A DNA stretch of 41,854 nucleotides from a virus. Its lineage: Duplodnaviria; Caudoviricetes. Numbering within the stretch: position 1 is the first letter of the stretch; each line of letters opens with the position of its first letter. Positions 7,879 to 15,037 of this stretch are shown piece after piece. A model generated the notes under the pieces. That model saw nothing but the letters and a program-made list of their open reading frames with translations. It ran no database searches and was not told where the DNA came from. The position numbers were made by a program, and so were the translations under genes. The DNA is taken from positions 1-41,854 of the IMG/VR virus record IMGVR_UViG_3300025653_000075; one strand, given 5' to 3'.

Positions 7879-8040
7879 ATGCAAATTAGAAAATGTGTTC
7901 AGCGTATTCAAAGGGCGGAGGCTATTTCAAAATTTAAAGATGAAGTAGCAAAAAAACTGCACTTTGACAAATACGCAAAGGCAACAGGGACAGAGAAACT
8001 CAAACTGTTTCATGTTGCTATAGCTGAAGGTTGGCTTTAA
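7879..8040 (+). CDS. early hypothetical protein (53 aa, MQIRKCVQRIQRAE...EGWL)
   Basis: Translated by hand; AGGAG RBS after the CAATCAACAA leader. Confidence 0.75.
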   Translation: MQIRKCVQRIQRAEAISKFKDEVAKKLHFDKYAKATGTEKLKLFHVAIAEGWL

Positions 8041-8046
8041 TAAAAC

Positions 8047-8247
8047 TTGATGATTGGACTAGGTTGTCAAATCATAGAGGGTGAACTTGAAGAGGCTAAA
8101 ATAAATGCTATAGGCTACACCAAGCAGGGACGCTCTCTGCTTGATAGCCAAGAGCCTATATTTACTGAGGCACTTGCAGAAATGGAAGTTTTATCTGCTG
8201 AAGATAAACTAGAAATCTTGCAGAAAAAATACTTCAGTAAATATTAA
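8047..8247 (+). CDS. early hypothetical protein (start uncertain)
   Basis: ORF track; acidic helical composition; weak RBS. Confidence 0.5.
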   Translation: MMIGLGCQIIEGELEEAKINAIGYTKQGRSLLDSQEPIFTEALAEMEVLSAEDKLEILQKKYFSKY

Positions 8248-8251
8248 AATT

Positions 8252-8287
8252 AACGCCGTTTGGTTCTAGGACTAGACGGCGTTTTTT
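8252..8287 (+). terminator. intrinsic terminator-like hairpin
   Basis: AACGCCGTTTGGTTC-TAG-GACTAGACGGCGTT followed by a T tract. Confidence 0.75.
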
Positions 8288-8314
8288 ATTTATCAACAAT
8301 CAACGGAGTAAAAC

Positions 8315-8587
8315 ATGAAAACAATTAAATATGACAATATGAATATTCAGTTGCCATTTAAATTAAAGTCAACAGAATGTGATGAAATAACAACTGAACA
8401 AGTCACAGTGCAAAAATATGTTCCTGCAAATAGAACGCACTTAAATTTGACTTTGCCTAGATTTGCTAATGGTGTTTATCTAGCAATTTTGAATGCCAAA
8501 GTTAATGGAAACAATAAAAAAGCTAATAAAGGTATAAACTGGTTTAAAGAGTATTTCCCTTATACTGCAACTATGCTTTTTAATTAA
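8315..8587 (+). CDS. early hypothetical protein (KGINWFKEYFP motif)
   Basis: ORF track; CAATCAACGGAG leader. Confidence 0.8.
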   Translation: MKTIKYDNMNIQLPFKLKSTECDEITTEQVTVQKYVPANRTHLNLTLPRFANGVYLAILNAKVNGNNKKANKGINWFKEYFPYTATMLFN

Positions 8588-8609
8588 TCAACAATCAACG
8601 GAGTGAAAC

Positions 8610-8831
8610 ATGGAAAAACAAGAATATACAATTTATAAACATTGCATGAATTTCAATGATGGCAGTATAGACACTTATTATCTTTTTAGTGATATTCCAC
8701 AAAGAAGTACCATAGGCGGTATTCCTACAACTATAAAAGGTTTGTTTATTGCTACTGATAGGAAAGCCATTAATAGAGCAAGAAAAATTATGAAAGATAA
8801 AACGGCAAAAATCATAATTAAAAAATTATAA
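8610..8831 (+). CDS. early hypothetical protein
   Basis: ORF track; CAATCAACGGAG leader. Confidence 0.75.
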   Translation: MEKQEYTIYKHCMNFNDGSIDTYYLFSDIPQRSTIGGIPTTIKGLFIATDRKAINRARKIMKDKTAKIIIKKL

Positions 8832-8832
8832 A

Positions 8833-9015
8833 ATGTCTGGTTTTAAATCTTATAAAATACGAGACGGCGTGCATATCCCCTCCAAGAAATATAAGGAGGG
8901 GTGGGACGCTATATTCAACAAAAAGAAATCAACAAAAGGACTAGACGGTGAATTGGAAAATCAAAAAACAGGTACTATCATTTCTGGTAAAAACAAGGTC
9001 ACTAAAAGAGTATGA
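8833..9015 (+). CDS. early hypothetical protein (YKEGWDAIF motif)
   Basis: ORF track; adjacent to the previous stop. Confidence 0.65.
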   Translation: MSGFKSYKIRDGVHIPSKKYKEGWDAIFNKKKSTKGLDGELENQKTGTIISGKNKVTKRV

Positions 9016-9142
9016 CGAATTAACTCCGCATAGGGTCGGCTTTAAGGCAGTGCAGTTAATAGAGAATATTATTGAGGCAAAGACACCCCCAATAATTACA
9101 CTTACAAACGAGATACAAAAATCAACTGAAGAGCAAAACTGA
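8948..9142 (+). CDS. early hypothetical protein (GTG start)
   Basis: AAGGA RBS 7 nt upstream; its TGA stop is part of the HH4 core. Confidence 0.55.
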   Translation: MNWKIKKQVLSFLVKTRSLKEYDELTPHRVGFKAVQLIENIIEAKTPPIITLTNEIQKSTEEQN

Positions 9143-9193
9143 CGAGGTTTCAATAGCCGAAACGCCTTCTAAGGACTAGACGGCGTATTTTGC
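9133..9193 (+). ncRNA. hammerhead ribozyme, type I (HH4), predicted cleavage after GUA at A9187
   Basis: Stem I GCAAAA/UUUUGC; CUGACGA 9139-9145; stem II GGUU-UCAAU-AGCC; GAAA 9159-9162; stem III ACGCC/GGCGU plus UCUA/UAGA. Confidence 0.9.
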
Positions 9194-9288
9194 ATGTTAA
9201 TAACGCATAAATTCTTCTTGTACATACTATGTGCGACAGGATAGCATACGTTATAAAAATAACACATAAGCAAAAAGAAAGGAGAAAC

Positions 9289-9363
9289 ATGAGAAAACAT
9301 ATAATATATACGTTTAACAATGCGTGGTGTAATCAATTATTATTAATGCCAAATATAACTTAA
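9289..9363 (+). CDS. putative micro-ORF (24 aa, MRKHIIYTFNNAWCNQLLLMPNIT)
   Basis: Strong AAAGGAG RBS; very short. Confidence 0.4.
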   Translation: MRKHIIYTFNNAWCNQLLLMPNIT

Positions 9364-9376
9364 AAAAGGAGTAAAA

Positions 9377-9505
9377 ATGACAATAAATTTTATTCTTTTT
9401 AAAGTCTATATTGAAAAATATAGTAATTGGAGTAATCTTAAAGTGAGTAAGGATAAATACGAAACAATAGCTGATTTTGGCTATTGGCGATTTTATTTAT
9501 CTTAA
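9377..9505 (+). CDS. small hypothetical protein (42 aa, MTINFILFKVYIEKY...GYWRFYLS)
   Basis: Translated by hand; AAGGAG RBS. Confidence 0.65.
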   Translation: MTINFILFKVYIEKYSNWSNLKVSKDKYETIADFGYWRFYLS

Positions 9506-9511
9506 TCTTTA

Positions 9512-9531
9512 ACATGATAATGTTATCATGT
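9512..9531. promoter_or_regulatory. perfect inverted repeat ACATGATAA-TG-TTATCATGT (candidate operator)
   Basis: 9-bp arms, 2-nt spacer, 28 nt upstream of the HTH gene. Confidence 0.55.
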
Positions 9532-9559
9532 AGAAACAAGAAAGAAAGAAAGGACAAAA

Positions 9560-9892
9560 ATGAGTAGCGGAGTAAATCTATTAAAAATAATAGAGGAAAT
9601 GCGAAAGTTTGATACGCAAATAGAGGCACAGGCTATTGCTGTGTTTTTATTTGTTGCAGTACATGGTGGACGAGACGGAATTGCCATGCAAACTATAAGT
9701 GAAGAGTTAGACATATCTCAATCTTCAGTGTCACGAAATGCCTATAAGTTAGGGGACATTAACAGACACAAAAAGATTGGCGTAGGTCTATTAGAGACTT
9801 TTGAAGACCCAATGGAAAGACGTAGAAAACTTGTGCGTCTTACATCAAAAGGCAAAAGAGTTTATAACACTCTTTTGAGTTGGGTTAAATAA
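9560..9892 (+). CDS. MarR-like winged-helix transcriptional regulator
   Basis: ISEELDISQSSVSRN HTH and EDPMERRRKLVRLTSKG wing. Confidence 0.85.
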   Translation: MSSGVNLLKIIEEMRKFDTQIEAQAIAVFLFVAVHGGRDGIAMQTISEELDISQSSVSRNAYKLGDINRHKKIGVGLLETFEDPMERRRKLVRLTSKGKRVYNTLLSWVK

Positions 9893-9913
9893 CAATGAAA
9901 AGCGGAGGTATAA

Positions 9914-10786
9914 ATGCAACAACGAAATGTAAAGTTGTTAACGGAGATACACCGCAAATTAACACTTAAAGGTTGGGAGAAGTTGCAATCTAAACGAGCC
10001 GAGAAAGTAATTGAAATGCTTGGTAAGGGAATGCTTGTGACTGAAGTTAACGATACCCACATTGAAAACATTGTGGACACGTTAGAAGACAGGGGTTTTG
10101 CTCCTGCTACTATCAATCGTTATCTTTCATCAATCAGTAAGATGTTAAGGTTTGCTAATCAGAGACAGTCTATTTATCATCTTGATAGAATGCCTCATAT
10201 TGAATGGCAGACAGAAAACAATGGTAGAGAACGATACCTTGAACCAATGGAAGAGCAAGAAATTATCCGATTGTTAACCGAGTGGAATATGGTTGACTAT
10301 TTGGAATTTTATTTGTTCTTAATTGATACAGGTATGAGACTAGGCGAAGCGTTATCTATTAAGAAGTTGATGGTTCATAACAACAATGGAAACTATGTTG
10401 TTAACTTACCTGCTAGTGTTACTAAGAATGGTGAACCTAGAGGTATTCCACTAACAGAACGTGCTAAGTCTATTGTTCTTAAATTGTTAATAAAAGCGGA
10501 AAGAAACGACCTTGTGTTTTCACATCTAAAGTATTGGACTTGTGAAAATACTTGGAGACGTTTGCGTAAAGCAATGAACCTTGAAGATGACAAAGAGTTT
10601 GTCATTCATTGCTTGAGGCACACTTGTGCAACACGTTTAGCACAATCTGGTAAGGTTGAATTACACATGATTGGTCAAATGTTAGGTCACAAGTCGTGGA
10701 AGATGATAAAAAGATACTCTCATTTAATACCAAATAACTTAATGGGAGCAGTAAATGTTCTTAACGGAATAAATAAATCCGCTTAA
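9914..10786 (+). CDS. int: tyrosine integrase
   Basis: TGMRLGE (R), TKNG (K), HCLRH (HxxR), LGH, RY catalytic residues; ATINRYLS. Confidence 0.95.
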   Translation: MQQRNVKLLTEIHRKLTLKGWEKLQSKRAEKVIEMLGKGMLVTEVNDTHIENIVDTLEDRGFAPATINRYLSSISKMLRFANQRQSIYHLDRMPHIEWQTENNGRERYLEPMEEQEIIRLLTEWNMVDYLEFYLFLIDTGMRLGEALSIKKLMVHNNNGNYVVNLPASVTKNGEPRGIPLTERAKSIVLKLLIKAERNDLVFSHLKYWTCENTWRRLRKAMNLEDDKEFVIHCLRHTCATRLAQSGKVELHMIGQMLGHKSWKMIKRYSHLIPNNLMGAVNVLNGINKSA

Positions 10787-10872
10787 GAATAAGTCGTGAT
10801 ATGAGGATAGTTGTAAAGTTAGTAATGACAATGTTAGTAATAATGGCGTATACAGGTGTGCATAGGTGCAAT

Positions 10873-10913
10873 AGGATTTGCAATCCTCTGCGTAACCATT
10901 CCGCCACGTTGCC
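10873..10913 (-). other. attP core: 5' half of tRNA-Cys(GCA), not a full tRNA
   Basis: Minus strand reads GGCAACGTGGCGGAATGGTTACGCAGAGGATTGCAAATCCT (acceptor 5' strand, D arm, anticodon arm with GCA); no T arm follows; lies just downstream of int. Confidence 0.88.
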
Positions 10914-11038
10914 CCAAGATTGTTTTTACAAGTAAACTCAACAACTATTCTCTATCACAACCAAAACAAAATAGCAAAGGAGTGAACCTAATTTGTAGGT
11001 CATTCCGCAGTTGCATCAATCAACAAACAGGAGAATAC

Positions 11039-13483
11039 ATGAAGATATTAGAAATAATGCCGACCTACCAAGACCAAGTGCAAACCGAAAAGATGTCCGC
11101 CGAACTTGGAATGAATAGGACAAATAAGAGGAGGCTCTCACACATTGAACGTTCAGAAGAAAGCGTCACATCTTACGGAAAAGTTATTGTAGCAAATACA
11201 ATACGTCCACTAGCAATAGCCATTGCAGAATGGGTTGAACAATCAATAGCCAATGTTCATTCTAAAACACCCATTGCTCTCAAATATATATCCCAAGTAG
11301 ACCCAAAAATTGTAGCATTGATAACTGCGAAACATGTAATCAATACTATTACTAATACTAAAAATCTTACTGCTACTGCTATAACTTTAGGTGGTCGTGT
11401 TGAAACTGAAATTAGTCTTAAAAATTTTAAAGGACTAAACCCAGAGCTATACGAAACTGTTAAAAAAGATTTAGATAAAAGGTCTTGGAACTATAATTAC
11501 AAAAGACGTAAGTTAAGAGAAAGTGCCAAAAGAGACGAAGTTATGAGGTGGGAAGAATGGACTACCACTGAAAGATTGCATGTTGGAATGGAGTTAATAT
11601 CTTTGTTAATTGAAAGCACAGGTCTTGTAGAAATAACTACTGAACAGCATAAGCATAAAACTGTCAAAGTTATTAAACAAACGGCTAAAACTAAAGAATG
11701 GATAGATAATCGTAATAAGTTTAACGAACTACTAAACCCAGAGTATTTGCCTATGGTAATGCCTCCTAAAAGCGTAATAGACGGCAAAGTTACAGGTCAT
11801 GGCTATTGGACAAAAGAAATGCCTGAATTAGACCTAGTTAAGCAAAAAGGTAAGAAGTTTAACAAGGAAATGGAGAATTGTGCTATGCCTGAAGTAACTT
11901 CTGCGGTCAATCTTATGCAAAGTACAGCATACAAGATTAATCCATTTATTCTTAAAATCATGCAACATGCTTGGGATAAGTCTTTGTCTATTGGAGGAAT
12001 GCCACCTATTGAGAATTTAAAAACACCATCTAAACCTCACGATATAGATATTAACCCAGAAGCTCTTAAAAAATACAAAAAAGAAAGTGTTATTGTCCAC
12101 ACAGAAAATAACCGAATGACATCTAAAAGAATGTTGTATGCAAAAATTATACATTTAGCACAGCTATTTAAAGATTATGCTACATTGTACTTTCCACTAC
12201 AATTAGACTTTAGAGGTAGAGCTTATTGTGTACCTGCTTTTCTTAACTATCAGTCTATCAATGGTGCAAAAGCATTGCTTAATTTTAGTCAGGGTAAAGC
12301 TATCACTAAAGAGAACAGAGGTGTCTTTTGGTTAGCCGTACATGGTTCTAATATGTGGGGTAATGACAAGGTATCATTTGAGGACAGAGAGAAATGGTCT
12401 TACGATAACTTACAATGGATAACCGAATGTGCTGAAGACCCTATTGCTAATAGACAATGGGAAGACGCAGATAATCCTTTTCAATTTCTAGCCTTTTGTG
12501 ATGAGTGGAGAAGATACCATGAAACAGGTGATGAGTTTATCTCACATATACCTGTCAATGTTGATGGCTCTTGTAATGGGTTACAAATCTATTCATTGTT
12601 ATTAAAAGACAAAGTTGCAGGTAAGTTAGTTAATTGTTTGCCTAGTGAAATACCACAAGACATCTACCAATTAGTAGCTAACGAAGTAATTAAAACTTTG
12701 AAAGTTAAAGCTAGTGAGGGAGACCCATTGGCACAGAAATGGTTAGACTATGGTGTTAAGCGTTCAACTTGTAAACGACCTATTATGACAATTTGTTATG
12801 GGTCAACTAGATATTCTTGTACTGATTTTGTAGTAGAAGATTTAACTAAAAGAAAAGACAAAGGAGAAATGCACCCATTTGATGATATGTTTAAACCTGC
12901 AACATATTTGTCTAAAATTATTTGGGCGAGCATAGGTGAGAACTTAAAATCTGCTAGGGTTGGTATGGACTACTTACAAAACAATGCAAAGGTAATTGCA
13001 AAAGAAGGAATACCTATTCACTGGGTTACACCTGTAGGCTTTCCAGTGTTTCAATACTATCCTGAAATGAAAAGTAAAAGAGTACGTTCTCATTTAATGG
13101 GAGAGGTGTTTGCACCGCAGATAAAAGAGGAGACAAAAGAAACTGACAAGTTAAGAAGTAGAAATGCTGTTGCGGCAAACTACGTTCATAGTTTGGATAG
13201 TGCTTGTATGATTAAAACTGTAAATATTGCAAAAGCAAAAGGCATTGATAATTTTTGTAATGTGCATGACAGTTTTGCAACACATGCGTGTGATGTAGAT
13301 AAGCTAAATCTATCTATCAGAGAAGCGTTTGTTGAGACTTTTAGCAAAGACCTATTAGGTAAATTTAAGGAAGATGTAGGAAGATTGCTAGATGATGAAA
13401 CTAAAGGCAAATTACCTGCAATACCTGAAAGTGGAGACTTGGAGTTAGGTTTACTATATCAATCCAAGTTTTTCTTTGCCTAA
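11039..13483 (+). CDS. T7-like single-subunit RNA polymerase
   Basis: LDFRGRAY, DGSCNGLQ, RSTCKRPIMTICYG, ANYVHSLDS, VHDSF motifs. ATG 11039 has an ACAGGAG RBS; the track's extension to 10856 runs through attP. Confidence 0.97.
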   Translation: MKILEIMPTYQDQVQTEKMSAELGMNRTNKRRLSHIERSEESVTSYGKVIVANTIRPLAIAIAEWVEQSIANVHSKTPIALKYISQVDPKIVALITAKHVINTITNTKNLTATAITLGGRVETEISLKNFKGLNPELYETVKKDLDKRSWNYNYKRRKLRESAKRDEVMRWEEWTTTERLHVGMELISLLIESTGLVEITTEQHKHKTVKVIKQTAKTKEWIDNRNKFNELLNPEYLPMVMPPKSVIDGKVTGHGYWTKEMPELDLVKQKGKKFNKEMENCAMPEVTSAVNLMQSTAYKINPFILKIMQHAWDKSLSIGGMPPIENLKTPSKPHDIDINPEALKKYKKESVIVHTENNRMTSKRMLYAKIIHLAQLFKDYATLYFPLQLDFRGRAYCVPAFLNYQSINGAKALLNFSQGKAITKENRGVFWLAVHGSNMWGNDKVSFEDREKWSYDNLQWITECAEDPIANRQWEDADNPFQFLAFCDEWRRYHETGDEFISHIPVNVDGSCNGLQIYSLLLKDKVAGKLVNCLPSEIPQDIYQLVANEVIKTLKVKASEGDPLAQKWLDYGVKRSTCKRPIMTICYGSTRYSCTDFVVEDLTKRKDKGEMHPFDDMFKPATYLSKIIWASIGENLKSARVGMDYLQNNAKVIAKEGIPIHWVTPVGFPVFQYYPEMKSKRVRSHLMGEVFAPQIKEETKETDKLRSRNAVAANYVHSLDSACMIKTVNIAKAKGIDNFCNVHDSFATHACDVDKLNLSIREAFVETFSKDLLGKFKEDVGRLLDDETKGKLPAIPESGDLELGLLYQSKFFFA

Positions 13484-13486
13484 ACC

Positions 13487-13502
13487 TATGCACACCTGCA
13501 TA
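13487..13502. promoter_or_regulatory. palindromic operator-like site TATGCA-CACC-TGCATA
   Basis: Perfect 6-4-6 palindrome next to promoter copy 2; near-identical inverted copy at 10849-10867. Confidence 0.6.
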
Positions 13503-13503
13503 G

Positions 13504-13520
13504 TAAAGTTACACTATTAG
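13504..13520 (+). promoter_or_regulatory. phage RNAP promoter, copy 2 (heads the replication genes)
   Basis: Identical to 5966-5982; intergenic directly after RNAP. Confidence 0.8.
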
Positions 13521-13573
13521 TAAATCAACAATCAAAAGAGAAAACACAGAGAACAATAACAATAAGGAAAACT

Positions 13574-14194
13574 ATGAGTAAACAAACATACAACAAAATT
13601 GTAACACCTGTAGGTGTATCACAGTATTGTTGGTTAAATACGCCAGACACTAAATTTGATAAGGAGAATGGTGGTCACTTTAAGACTAACCTAATTATCA
13701 AAGGGTCTGACGCACAATCAATCATTAAGTCTATTAAAGACGAGATGAAAACATCTTTAGAAATGGCAAAAGAAAAATCTAAAGGTAAACCCCCAAAAAC
13801 AGCAAACATGCCTTTTGAAGAAGAGTATGTAGAAGGTAAACCAACTGGAAACATAATCTTTAAATTCAAAGCTAAAGCAAAAATTATGATGAAGTCTGGT
13901 GACGTAATAGACATCAAGATACCAATTTTTGATAGCAAAGGAACACCTATGAAAGAGCAAGTATGGTCAGGTTCAGAAATGAAAGTTTCTGCTGACATGA
14001 TACCTTACTACACTGCAATGGCAGGAGCAGGTGTTTCATTGAGATTAAAGGCAGTGCAGATAACTAAGTTAGTTGAAGGTGGAGCAGGTGCAGGAGCAAA
14101 AGGGCATGGCTTTGACGAAATTAAAGATGGTTATGTTGCACCAGAAGTAGAAACATTTGAGAATGAAGTACAGCAGAGCGAAACTGACTTCTAA
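13574..14194 (+). CDS. ssb: single-stranded DNA-binding protein (gp2.5-like)
   Basis: TPVG...WLNTPD, GVSLRLKAVQI, acidic tail ending in DF. Confidence 0.92.
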   Translation: MSKQTYNKIVTPVGVSQYCWLNTPDTKFDKENGGHFKTNLIIKGSDAQSIIKSIKDEMKTSLEMAKEKSKGKPPKTANMPFEEEYVEGKPTGNIIFKFKAKAKIMMKSGDVIDIKIPIFDSKGTPMKEQVWSGSEMKVSADMIPYYTAMAGAGVSLRLKAVQITKLVEGGAGAGAKGHGFDEIKDGYVAPEVETFENEVQQSETDF

Positions 14195-14579
14195 TCAAGT
14201 AGGACTTAAATATGGTTTTAGGTCTGGGCTAGAAATAGCTATCTCACAAGAGTTAGACGCTAATAGTGTAAAGTATGATTATGAGAAGGTTAAACTAACG
14301 TATGTTAAACCACAGAAAGCTCATTCTTATACCCCAGACTTTTACCTTAAAGAACAAAATATATTTATAGAAACAAAAGGATTGTTTACTTCAGCAGATA
14401 GACAAAAAATGCGTCTTATCAAAGAACAACACCCAGAGAAAGACATTAGATTTGTCTTTAGTAATTCACGAAGCAGAATATCAAAAAAATCTTCAACAAC
14501 TTACGCTATGTGGTGTGACAAGTATGGTTTTAAATATGCTGACAAACATATTCCATTGGAGTGGTTAAATGGACAATAA
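14157..14579 (+). CDS. endonuclease I / Holliday junction resolvase (gp3-like)
   Basis: FRSGLE, YTPDF, IETKG, TTYAMWC motifs; start may be 14163. Confidence 0.93.
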   Translation: MRMKYSRAKLTSNQVGLKYGFRSGLEIAISQELDANSVKYDYEKVKLTYVKPQKAHSYTPDFYLKEQNIFIETKGLFTSADRQKMRLIKEQHPEKDIRFVFSNSRSRISKKSSTTYAMWCDKYGFKYADKHIPLEWLNGQ

Positions 14580-15003
14580 TTACAGAGCAAGAACAGATTT
14601 TATAGTTGTTCATTCAACCAAAACAAAATCTAGTGAAGACTTAAATGCAAAGGATATAACTTTGTTACATAGGAAAGAAGGTTTCTTTCATAATGCCTTT
14701 CACTTTGTAATTAAAAGAGATGGTACAATAGAAGAAGGAAGACCAGAGGATATGTCTGGTGCTATATTGCCTATTAATCAGCCTTTAATTACTAACCAAA
14801 ATTCCATAGCGATAGCTTTAGTCGGCGGATTAGCTGATGATGGAACTAATCTTGACACTAACTTCACAATTAAACAGTACGCTTCTTTGCGTGAACTTGT
14901 AAAAAAGTTAAAAGTGAAGTACAAAGTTGAGGTAGTGGGTTGCAGAAATGCAATTAACTCTAAATCGTGTATGTCTTTTGATGTACATTCGATTGTTGAT
15001 TGA
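14569..15003 (+). CDS. T7 lysozyme (gp3.5)-like amidase-fold protein with altered catalytic residues
   Basis: IVVHST, HFVIKRDGTIEEGR, LVGG, NFTIKQYASL, KSCMSFDV align with T7 gp3.5. Confidence 0.85.
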   Translation: MDNNYRARTDFIVVHSTKTKSSEDLNAKDITLLHRKEGFFHNAFHFVIKRDGTIEEGRPEDMSGAILPINQPLITNQNSIAIALVGGLADDGTNLDTNFTIKQYASLRELVKKLKVKYKVEVVGCRNAINSKSCMSFDVHSIVD

Positions 15004-15037
15004 GACGCTCCTAGTTAGAAATAGCTAGGGGCGTTTC
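15002..15037 (+). other. 16-bp hairpin with GAAA tetraloop (terminator or processing site)
   Basis: GAGACGCTCCTAGTTA-GAAA-TAGCTAGGGGCGTTTC. Confidence 0.7.

Noticed and set aside
8194-8224. CTGAAGA...GAAA inside ORF 8047..8247 as a further hammerhead
   Set aside because: No real stem II or III and the cleavage position would be G; chance match in coding sequence.
6591-9163. ACTGACGAG...CGAAAC repeats as a CRISPR array or attC sites
   Set aside because: Spacing is irregular and gene-sized, there are no cas genes, and the repeats are fully explained as hammerhead cores.
10840-10913. Complete tRNA-Cys gene on the minus strand
   Set aside because: No T arm (GTTCRA) or 3' acceptor strand follows the anticodon arm; it is an att fragment.
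10856-11038. 61-codon N-terminal extension of RNAP in the ORF track
   Set aside because: Runs through the attP/tRNA fragment and lacks an RBS; ATG 11039 has the typical leader and AGGAG.
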